From the NCBI RefSeq assembly GCF_964204645.1, contig NC_134036.1, positions 1,674,001 through 1,738,000 on the forward strand: a stretch of DNA of 64,000 nt, read 5' to 3'. The stretch's first letter is position 1. The number at the start of each line of letters is the position of its first letter. The notes beneath the pieces are model-generated. The model made no database searches. It was not told the origin of the DNA and saw only the letters and a list, made by a program, of their open reading frames with translations. Below, piece by piece: positions 49,342-59,643 of this stretch. The position numbers and the translations under genes were made by a program. Source of the stretch: Tubulanus polymorphus. Taxonomy: Eukaryota; Animalia; Nemertea.

Positions 49342-51200
49342 TTCTGAGAGTGGAATCTTTCTGGATGCGAGTGGAATTGTGACTTGTTGCGCATGTGGAT
49401 TCCAGCTGTGAATAGGACTTTCCGCAGCAACAGCAGTGGATGCTCATCATCAATGATAATATCGGGAATGGCAAGATAAATCTCAAGAATCAGACGCGAA
49501 CATTTTAATGACTTGTGTTTGTTGATCAGGACTAAATCAGATGAACTAGATAAGATATCTAGATATGTGGGAAAGTTTTAGAACTCTGAATCTTCTCATT
49601 GAGAGGATAAACAAACGAACACAATGGGAGAACTTGACTTCAGTTATAGTGAACTAACTGGACTATCAATGCATTGGTACTCGTAAAAAAGAAAACCATT
49701 CAGTGGTGGACTTCTGGAGGTGTGGAATTGTGGAACCCGGTGGAATATCATCACTGCTAGGCAAAGACTTGTGTGAGTAGAACTTATTATTAGTTTCCAA
49801 AACAATTATGAGAAAGCAGTTTTATCTATTTAGACATATTGTTTACTGAATTTCATAAGAATTGTCAATCGGGTTATTTCAGCAGCCTGTATTACAGGAA
49901 TTATAATTCAGGCTTTAAGTAAGAGTATCAATTTCTGGCTCAAAAATTATTTGAATATTTGGCTGATTAGAAAGAAAATCGTATTTCTGAACCAAATTTC
50001 ATCAAAATTAGTGACGAAATTAAGGGTCAAATCGCTAAATCCTGAATATTTCATTTTAGGGATTTCAGATCCAAAAACTAACTTCATATTCGTGATCAGC
50101 ACCCCAAAAAACATATCTGTACTAAATTTGATTATAATTGGGTCAAAAAAAATTTTTGACTTTGTACCCCATTTTTGAGGTGCATATTTTGGCCATAAAA
50201 ATCCTAATTTGGCCATGAAGATGAATTCCGATTCAAAATCTGATTGCAGATCCGGATTCTACACGCCAGAATACATCTTCCTACCAAGTTGCGAAGGAAT
50301 CAGAGAAAAAAAATTTTTCGCCGAAAAAAAACTCCTTAGATTTTTGCCATTTTTGGCAAAAAAATCGAATCTCTTCGATTTGCTTGAAATTTTAGTCCTA
50401 CGTAATCTCAGGGGTGCTGATTCCAAATCTGCAATCAGATTTTGAATATCTCAAAAACTCTGGGGTCCAAGGCCTTTTCAAATTTTAGGGGTCCGCCCAA
50501 AAATTCGAATTTCTCATTTCTGGTGCCCTGGATCCGACGAATTTTTTCAGATTCGTGATCAGCACCCGAGAATACATGTTGGTACTAAATTTCATCGAAA
50601 TCGGAGACAAAACATATTTTTACCTTAACCCTCATTTTGGGCTGTACCTTAGATTGCCATTTCTCTGATACACCGGTAACTGATTGGTAGCCTCAAATGT
50701 ATTATATTAAGTTTCATGTTTAATTTTAGGACGTTTGTCATCGATACGGTGGAACTATTGACGTTTGTGTTTGTTGATCAGGACTACATCAGATGAACTG
50801 GATAAATATGTGTGGGCAGTGTTAGAACTCACCGAGAGGATAAACAAACAAACGAACAAATATTGGGAGAACGAACTACATAGAACTTATAAGGAGAACT
50901 TGACTTCAGTTACAGTGAACTTTATGTCCACGAGGACTAAATATGTGACATTGCTGCTGATGGGATAAATATCTGTTTGAACTGAAAAATCTAAAACTGC
51001 TCGCGGCATCTAGAATCTGACGGATAGAAAACAACAAGGAACATAGAAGTTTAGGTGATATGCCATCCTATCCTATCTATCATTCTCTCTGCCTCATTCT
51101 CCATCTGCTTGCCATCTACCGGGTTGAGATAGGAACTAGTTCCTGTCTCGCCCGGTAGATGGCATTGTTTTTTTTAAATAAAATGTGCTTAAGCAATGGA
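49342..51200 (+). ncRNA. Possible spliced lncRNA divergent from HDHD2 (candidate exons about 49342-49771 and 50730-51200)
   Basis: Acceptors TTTCAG|49342 and TTTTAG|50730, donor GTGAGT at 49772, AATAAA at about 51177. The two exons share a duplicated segment (about 49513-49650 and 50764-50920). No credible ORF. Confidence 0.3.
49939..50650. mobile_element. Arm of an unclassified DNA transposon
   Basis: Repeated subterminal motif TTCGTGATCAGCACCC...GTACTAAATTT at about 50089 and 50552, with an inverted GGGTGCTGATTCC at about 50412. The ORFs here lack protein character. Confidence 0.55.
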
Positions 51201-51237
51201 TAAATAGGACTGACTTCCCCTGCGGGTTGTCTAGTGC

Positions 51238-51302
51238 GTCCCTGTAGCGTAGTTGGTAGGGTGCTGGACTGCTAGCCGAATGGTTGGTGGTTCAAATCCC
51301 GT
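51238..51302 (+). mobile_element. tRNA-derived SINE head or pseudo-tRNA fragment
   Basis: A box TAGCGTAGTTGG and B box GGTTCAAATCC at tRNA spacing; no acceptor-stem partner. Confidence 0.55.
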
Positions 51303-51620
51303 ATTTTGTTAAATGGCTGAATAAAATGTTGAATTTTACTTTTGCAAACAAGCTGTAAGAAATTCCTACTTTGAATTTGGAATAAATGCTTTGATTTGTA
51401 CTTTGCGTTTGTCCTTTCCTTTGTCCCTTCCTATGAGAAGTTGTAAGCGGAAGAGTCCTTTCCTTGGAATAGAGTCCTTTCCGAGGTCGAGTGTGAAGTT
51501 GTGAGGGGAAGAGTCCTTTCCAGAGCAAAGTGCCCGAGACAGAGATTTTTAGTAAAGACGAGCATTTATATAGATGTACGTTTATTTATTTACGTTACTT
51601 TATGCGGCAAAACGAATTAA

Positions 51621-52660
51621 CGGAGTAAAGTCTGCGTCTCCAGAGGTTTGAAGATGGTGCTGTAGTCGGAGTAGAGTCTGCGTCTCGAGGTTTGAAGATG
51701 GTGCTGTAGTCGGAGTAGAGTCTGCGTCTCGGGGTTTGAAGATGTTGCTATAGTCGGAGTAGTCTGCGTCTCGAGGTTTGAAGATGGTGCTGTAGTCAGA
51801 GTAGAGTCTGCGTCTCGGGGTTTGAAGATGTTGCTGTAGTCGGAGTAGAGTCTGCGTCTCGAGGTTTGAAGATGGTGCCGTAGTCGGAGTAGAGTCTGCG
51901 TCTCGAGGTTTGAAGATGGTGCCGTAGTCGGAGTAGAGTCTGCGTCTCGGGGTTTGAAGATGGTGCTGTAGTCAGAGTAGAGTCTGCGTCTCGAGGTTTG
52001 AAGATGGTGCCGTAGTCGGAGTAGAGTCTGCGTCTCGGGGTTTGAAGATGTTGCTGTAGTCGGAGTAGAGTCTGCGTCTCGAGGTTTGAAGATGGTGCCG
52101 TAGTCGGAGTAGAGTCTGCGTCTCGAGGTTTGAAGATGGTGCCGTAGTCGGAGTAGAGTGTGCGTCTCGAGGTTTGAAGATGGTGCTGTAGTCGGAGTAG
52201 AGTGTGCGTCTCGAGGTTTGAAGATGGTGCTGTAGTCGGAGTAGAGTCTGCGTCTCGAGGTTTGAAGATGGTGCTGTAGTCGGAGTAGAGTCTGCGTCTC
52301 GGGGTTTGAAGATGGTGCTGTAGTCGGAGTAGAGTCTGCGTCTCGAGGTTTGAAGATGGTGCTGTAGTCGGAGTAGAGTCTGCGTCTCGAGGTTTGAAGA
52401 TGGTGCTGTAGTCGGAGTAGAGTCTGCGTCTCGAGGTTTGAAGATGGTGCTGTAGTCGGAGTAGAGTCTGCGTCTCGAGGTTTGAAGATGGTGCTGTAGT
52501 CGGAGTAGAGTCTGCGTCTCGAGTTTTGAAGATGGTGCTGTAGTCGGAGTAGAGTGTGCGTCTCGGGGTTTGAAGATGGTGCTGTAGTCGGAGTAGAGTC
52601 TGCGTCTCGAGTTTTGAAGATGGTGCTGTAGTCGGAGTAGAGTCTGCGTCTCGAGGTTTG
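51621..52660. repeat. 44-bp tandem repeat, about 23.5 highly similar copies
   Basis: Unit GTCTGCGTCTCGAGGTTTGAAGATGGTGCTGTAGTCGGAGTAGA; produces the 44-aa-periodic ORFs 51617-52735 and 51972-52763. Confidence 0.97.
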
Positions 52661-53795
52661 TGTAAAAGCGGCTGAAAAACAAATTGATATTGAAATAAAG
52701 TGAATGTCTAATGAAGACGATAATTGAAAATCCAAAGATGATTTTTACGTACCAGAGCAGCAATAACTGTTTGTTCGATCCGGTTCTCGGGAGTAGCAGT
52801 TGCTACAGCAGCAGCAGCAGCACACGTGTTTGATGTTGACGGAAGTGGAAATTGGTTACAACCTAAACAAAAAACAAACCAGTCGATTTACAACTAAACG
52901 ATTCGATTCAAAATCAAAAGCATTTTGAGTAGTTTACATACACTAAATTTCTAACCTCATCAAAATATATGTCGACTTGAAAACTAGTAACAATCCGAAA
53001 ATCAGCAACAAAAGCAACTAGTCATCTGCTGTAGCGATCCGTGGTAATCCGCCATCAGTAGCAATAGCAGCAGCACCAGTCTCCTCTCCATCTCGGGATC
53101 TCCTCCGCAAACGTCAGGACCAACAGTAGCTGTCTCATATTGCGTTCTCAATCGCCAGGTGTCTAAAATTCCTCGACGTTCCAGTCTTTCCTAACATCAT
53201 CGGACGCTAATTAGTAAGTTGTTCGCTTGAAACCATACGTTCTTCACGCCTTTTGGTGAGCTCATATAGGTTGACCTTCATCGCTGGACATCGGTTCTCG
53301 GACTGGCATCGGGAGGCTCGAACCGCGCTTCTAATACCTACGTCGACCAATCAGCGACGTTGCATCATCGAGGCGACCGGAGTGGATCAATCAGAAGGCT
53401 CGATCGCGCATTCCTGTGGCAGACCCGAGTCCGTGACGCTAATCCTCGAGAACCATTCAATTCGTGCCAAACATTTTCAATGGGGCTTACAGGTCATCGA
53501 GTTTAATTCGACTATTCATAGAGAAACATATTGTTAAAGATAGAATACCGAATGTTACAATTTTAGCTTAAAGTATCATACTGCAATTTCATCTAAACTA
53601 TCCAACAAACTTTAGTGAAGATGTCCCCTTTATTTACGTTTAGTTTTGAACTATAATTCCGGCTCAATTTTACTATTTTCGAGTTTTGCTTCAGGAATAT
53701 TGAAGTTTGTGCAGTCACGCGGCACTATTGTGTAGCAGAGCGTATGGCAGGTCTCCAGTGAGCGATTCTCTATTCGATTGTCGTTTTTAGCCGAT

Positions 53796-54380
53796 TTTAT
53801 ACACACGTTTACCAGACATCGCTACGTACACATCTACTCTGAGTCTACTCTGGCGAAGTTTAAAAAATCATTGAAGTTTTGTCAATTTACCTGGAGATTG
53901 ATGGCTGCATTACTTACATTACATCTGCATTACATCTACGGAATTCTCGTTGGGATTTTTTCGAAACAAAAATAAACAATTTCCCAAACCCTCACCAGTC
54001 AACTTAAAATAACAAACTAATATTGTAAAAAAATCGAAGGTCCCTGGGGGAAATACTCCGCAACCTGGACCGGCATTGTGGGATAAATAAATAATTCAGC
54101 CAGAAACGACTGAATTAAACATAATTTACCCCACGCCAGATATTCTGTAGGACTCACGCATTAGCAACCTCATTCCAGGGAGGACAGTACTCTCGACTCG
54201 CCCGCTTACCGGAGATCACTTGCCACATCCTGACCCGCCTCCTCCGAGACTCGAACCTGGGCCACAGCGGTGACACGCTAGTCGCCGACCGACTAAGCCA
54301 TCCGGTCCGCCCGATTGGTGCCGGTAAACATTCACAGATATTCGCCGACCATTCACATTCGGACAAAACACTGTGACGTC
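53796..54380. repeat. Direct repeat copy 1 (about 590 bp), paralogous to 59644-60250
   Basis: Manual alignment from TTTTAT.CACACGTT.ACCAGACATC through GTGACGTC; offset about 5.87 kb. Confidence 0.95.
54027..54312 (-). ncRNA. Structured Pol III-type RNA with tRNA/SINE-like head, copy 1
   Basis: A box TGGCTTAGTCGG (54300-54289), B box GGTTCGAGTC (54257-54248), long hairpin 54139-54070, T7 terminator 54033-54027. Confidence 0.7.
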
Positions 54381-55000
54381 ACAGTGTGTTGAAAGCCAAT
54401 GCACAGCATTGAATCAGAAAATCAGAATTATTTCAACGATTAAATAATTTTCGAACTTTCAAATGAGAGTTTTTTAACTGCACCAGCAGTTGAGCGTGTG
54501 GCGTCCTGGCAACATGCCAGCTTTTCACCTTAGTGTCTGATGTACCACAGTATGGTTGTACTAAGAACGACGGATATCTCTGTCGAGACCAGGACTGAGT
54601 GAACCCAGCTTTATATAGCGGTCCTGGAAATCTACATGTCACTATCTTCTGATAACGCGCTCCTATTTCCTCTCATCACGGGAGTTCAGACCAAATGTCT
54701 TACACCAGAACAAGTTTTATTTCATTTTTTATTTTTCTATTTCGATTAATTTAGGAATTTCAGGGCGATTCGTTAGATTGGTTATAGAAACGATCTAAAA
54801 TTCTAAGCAATGATTGTACAACTGTCCTCAGAATGATCCAGGATGATATGAAAACCTGAGACAAATTTGACTATAGTGGAATTTAAAACTGGATAATGAT
54901 AATGATATTTATTTGTGTTATATTTTCTTTTTACAATATTAAATCGTAATTAAATACATTATTATAATAATTCCAATAATAATTAATATTTTTTTCAAAT

Positions 55001-56322
55001 AGGGAAGTTTCCAGTGACCAGGCGCCATTTTGAGGCGGTCCCGCATGGTTGGACAGATTTTAACATTTTTTCAACTAAAACTTTAAGCGCGATTCATTGT
55101 AGTCCACCACTCTTTTAGCACAAAAATTAAAGTCATGAATCGTTAAAAAGGTGACCATTTCTATTTTCTGATGGTGTTTAATTCATTTTTCTCGACTGCA
55201 ACAATCGAACACAGTTACAGTTTAAAAAAGATACGTCACTTTAAGGAAGGCGTACTTCTCAAAAAATTGGTAATTTTGTGTTATTGACTGTAACTTTTTC
55301 ATGTTAAGAGATACAATGTAGAATTTTTCATTGAAGATAGAGTTTTATCTCAGGATTTTGTTGACACTGCATTCGTAAAAATATCTTCATAGAAACGCGC
55401 GTGGCCACCGGTTGAGTCAAGCGCAAAGCGCGCACGAGTGGATGACCGTCGAGTTTCTGCATGCGCGTATTGCGCTATTTTTATGGCAATTTTCTAGATA
55501 CTAAATATTTTTATAGATTAAAATCAGATACTTTGCATTAGGAAAAAAACTTGTCTTATCAAGAAACTTGTCAAGAAACTTGTCTTATCTGACCTAGAAT
55601 GTTCAATCGTCGAACGTTAAACATTGGACCGAGCGCAGTGTCGATCGAATAGAGGATAACGGCTTCTAGGTGACACGACACAAAGATGCAGTCTTTCAAT
55701 AAAAACAAGCGGTCGTTGTAAACATCAAGCATCGTTTCAAATCTAATTATGCTGGGGAGACACCAAATACCCTCAATTCAACATGGAAACAATCAAACGA
55801 TGATTTAAATTAAAAAAAACTTTAAAATTTCCATGAAATTGGCTTAGAACGGGTATGCAGAAAATCGACGGTCAACCACTCGTGCGCGCTTTGCTCTTGA
55901 CTCAACCGGTGGCCACGCGCGTTTCTATGAAGATATTTTTACAAATGTAGTATCAACAAAATCCTGAGATAAAACTCTATCTTCAATGAAAAATTCTACA
56001 TTGTATCTCTTAACATGAAAAAGTTACAGTCAATAACACAAAATTACCAGTCTTTTTGAGGCGCATTCCTTAAAGTGACGTATCTTTTTTAAACTGTAAC
56101 TGTGTTCGATTGTTGCAGTCGAGAAAAATAAAATAAACACCATCAGAAAATAGAAATGGTCACCTTTTTAACGATTCATGACTTTAATTTTTGTGCCAAA
56201 AGACGAATGGACTACAATGAATCGCGCTAGAAGTTTTAGTTTAAAAAATGTTAAAATCTTTCCAACGATGCGGCCCCCGCGGGACCGCCTCAAAATGGCG
56301 CCTGGTAACTGGAAACTTCGCT
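55001..56322. mobile_element. Non-autonomous foldback DNA transposon with about 490-bp TIRs, AG...CT termini and AT target-site duplication (ISL2EU-like)
   Basis: AT|AGGGAAGTTTCCAGTGACCAGGCGCCATTTTGAGGCGGTCCC ... GGGACCGCCTCAAAATGGCGCCTGGTAACTGGAAACTTCGCT|AT; inverted similarity spans about 55001-55495 and 55822-56322; no ORF. Confidence 0.88.
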
Positions 56323-56593
56323 ATTGTTTTCTTTTGCGATACAATCATAATTGATTACATTCTCACAATAATTCTAATAGAAATTACTTTTTTCGTCAAA
56401 TTCTTTCTTCTTAACTTTTAGTCTTTTTTTCTGTTATGATATATAACGTAATAGAATGAATGAGAGTCTCATTCCATAAACAGGTCCTAAAAAGATACAT
56501 TCTTTAACTTTTAAGAAATTCACATATTTCAACTATCTATGGATTTAATCCTTGATGAAACGTGTTATATCATGTTTGATTAAAACCGAATTT

Positions 56594-58508
56594 CTATTTT
56601 GTACGAGTGAGTACAGTGTTTATATTATAAACTCGCAGTGAGTCCGTTTTATTACTGTTATCCCAGTGACGGATAACTACAGTGTTACTGTCATATATTT
56701 TGTATATCTCATATGTCACACTGTCAGTAGAGTTCAATACTATACGCGGGTGATCTATAAACCCCTCATCATTATATCTCATACTAATCACGGCTCCTTT
56801 GTTACCAGTCCTAGAGTTTACCGATAATAATACATGTTTATCATTGATTATACACGGGGACCCCGCAAGTGGATCAAATGTTAGTCCGGAATCTTCCACA
56901 TTGATAAAACTGATCAATTCCGCATCAGCTGTTAGATAGAGTAATCTTCCCGATCTATTACAGTATACAAACATGCGTCCCCGCGTGTCGACATCTAAAC
57001 TGTTGATATATTCGTACTCTCCATCCGGGAGCTGATATTTTTTCACACGGTTTCTATCAATTAAACTATTTACAGGGTTTTCTAATAGACGTAAAACACG
57101 AACGTCTCTATCTAACTGGATGTAAATATTGTTACCGCGAATGACTAGTGTTCCACATCCAGACACAATATCAGTGACATCTTCCTCTAACACTTTGTCC
57201 TGATCTTTATATTTTCTCAGGCAGAGTTTCTTGTTTTTCTTCACGACTACAAACAGGTGACCGTTACTATCTGTATCGAGTCCTCGTACATAATCATCAA
57301 CACACTCTATATATCTCTTCATTACATTATTATCATCCATGTAATATATATCACTGGACCCCCAGAGGTCCGCACATATTATACGTGACTGTTGACCCGT
57401 CTGCTCACCAGGTAATGACGTCACTAGACTGGGTCTGAAGTCTGTCTGAACCTGTTTACTGATCGTTAATGAATCAATGACGTCACCAATAGAACTCTCC
57501 ACTTCATCCATTCTCCCTATGACGTCACCAATAGATATCTCCAATTTATCTATTCTCCCTTTGACATCATTGATTGTTCTTCCTGTGACGTCATCGATAG
57601 TCTTATTCAGTTTTACTTCCAGTTGTTGTTCAGTACATGCTTCAAGTTGTTGTTCAGTACAGCACCGGTTCAGCCTCTCTTCAAGTTGTTGTTCAGTACA
57701 GCACCGGTTCAGCCTCTCTTCAAGTTGTTGTTCAGTACAGCACCGGTTCAGCCTCTCTTCAACTGTGTCTATAGTGCGCTTAAATTGAGAGAATTGATTT
57801 TCTAAATTATCATGAAACAGTTTGACATTGTCAATTAGGGAATGATGACGTTGATCAATGTCTGGTTGAACTGTTCGCGCTTCACTGATCGGTACAGTGT
57901 TCACTCTAAACACGTATTCGTTTCCGTGACGACAAGCACCGATTACAAGACCCGAACCTATTGATTGCGGAGATTGTTGAAGTTTCGATTTGTAGATTTC
58001 ACACATTTCTTCATTTTCACATTTAACAATAAACACCTGATTCTGAGGTTGATGATTGAACGGGATCGGATGATTCGGTATCTCCACACCAGAGGGCGCA
58101 TCTCCCCATTCTAATTTCACCTGAAATAGAAAACGACATTTTTATTTGACTCTCACCTCGCAGTGGTCACCCGTTTAGTATCACACGCGGGTGATGATGA
58201 AACTGAAGATGAGAATTACAGATTCTTACCTCATCAAACGGCATCATCTGCACCGCTATTACGTGACCTGTATAGATGGTTTTTAGTTCGTGTTTAATAG
58301 CAGCCTCTAATTCTTCACACCACAGAGTTATATCAAGTTGTAATATATTTCCATCCGCAGTTATTCGATCAGATTCCAAATTAAACAGCGGCTGATAAAA
58401 GTAATTTTGTGTCGTTCTGTACTCATTATCCTGATCGGACCAAACGTTAACGCGACGCCCTTTGAAAGGTACGGAAATCTCGAAACGATCCGGATTACTT
58501 GTAGCCAT
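56594..58508 (-). CDS. Two-exon 601-aa protein (58508-58230, 58120-56594): uncharacterised N-terminal domain, coiled coil with 13-aa repeats, C-terminal NHL/SMP-30-like beta-propeller
   Basis: The two track ORFs join in phase 0 across a 109-nt intron (GAG|GTAAGA ... TTTCAG|GTG). Heptad-like region; propeller-type blades VRGLDTDSNGHLFVV and INSLDVDTRGRMFVY. Confidence 0.8.
57620..57762 (-). repeat. Coding 39-bp tandem repeat (EERLNRCCTEQQL x3 plus a partial copy)
   Basis: TTCAAGTTGTTGTTCAGTACAGCACCGGTTCAGCCTCTC at 57641, 57680, 57719; identical copies. Confidence 0.95.
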
Positions 58509-59643
58509 GTTGACCGTCAGTAATTAACACCAGCAATGAACTGAATGCGGTTTGGGCGTTTAACAGTCAGGTGATATTAGTCCCAAGGTCTGATTCTAAT
58601 CGCGGTGACCGGTATTTTCGGTTACGAACCCGATTATCAGATCTAGTGACGCAGTTTAATGTGTCTGATAAATATTATAGACATACTAGAAATGGTTTCC
58701 TGTGAACTAGATAATAAGTAATCAACTCAGGTGTTTTATAAGAAAATTCATGTGATATGTCCAGGGTCTGATTCTAATCAGGGTGACAAATCGGTATTTT
58801 GACATTCCTGTCAAATGTCATGAACGCAGTTTTTTGTCGACATACTTTGAAAAGACACAAATAAAATTGATAACAAGAGTTTCAAGTTCTACGTTCCCAC
58901 TTGGAAAGTGATCTGAAATCTGGTGTTTGATTAGTATTTGAAAGCATCCGTAAAGCGAATCTCTTGATTATCATAAAGGCCAAGGGCAGGAAACCACCAA
59001 ATGACATCCGCCGTATGAAAATTGTCTTCAAGTGGCGAATTAATATTTCGGATCATTTTCAAATAATCTATGCGCATGACTTTGTTATCACGGATTTTTT
59101 TCAAATATGACTCACGAATGTGTCAAGAGTCAAGTGCACGTCATTGAACTATGGAACATTAATGTATAAATGTCTGGGACGATTGAACCGGTTTCGAGCG
59201 GGCGACAAAATCTGGTTTTTTTTTACATTTCATAATCAAGTTTATGGAATAAATCAATAGTTAACTTTATCTGGTAAATCGCTGCTCATAAGAACTCGAC
59301 TTGAACTAAAATCTGTAAAAGGTGAATTACCACATTTAATTTGAAAACATATATTGCAACAATTCATGATAATTTTAGTTTTTCAAACTCGAAGTATCGA
59401 CTGAACCAAGTCACTGGTCAGAAATTAACTTCCAGTTAAGAGTCTACTGTATCTGTGTTTGTTGTAACGAGGTTCTATCCGTTTGAATAAACTTAATAAA
59501 CTGAGCATCATGGATTACCTAACAAGGTCTCAAATGAATCAGTGTAGGTCTAGTCAACCTCCGGGTATCGGCAGCAAACAGATCCCGATGATGAGAAAGT
59601 AAGGAATCGCTGATCTGGAAAAAGCAACGTCGATTGAACACGT

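Noticed and set aside
51621-52660. CRISPR array (also the 50-, 56-, 71- and 110-bp arrays)
   Set aside because: Units are contiguous with no unique spacers, the context is eukaryotic and there are no cas genes.
51617-52763. ORFs of 372 aa and 263 aa as protein-coding genes
   Set aside because: They arise from a stop-free 44-bp unit, and their non-ATG starts lie in a predicted intron or exon edge. Kept only as a transcript hypothesis.
54240-54312. Functional tRNA-Asp(GTC), or 7SK/SRP/vault identity, for the duplicated RNA
   Set aside because: No acceptor stem after the T arm and an irregular anticodon loop; no SRP helix-8 motif, no 7SK 3' CACATCC or terminal stem, and the layout and length do not fit vault RNA.
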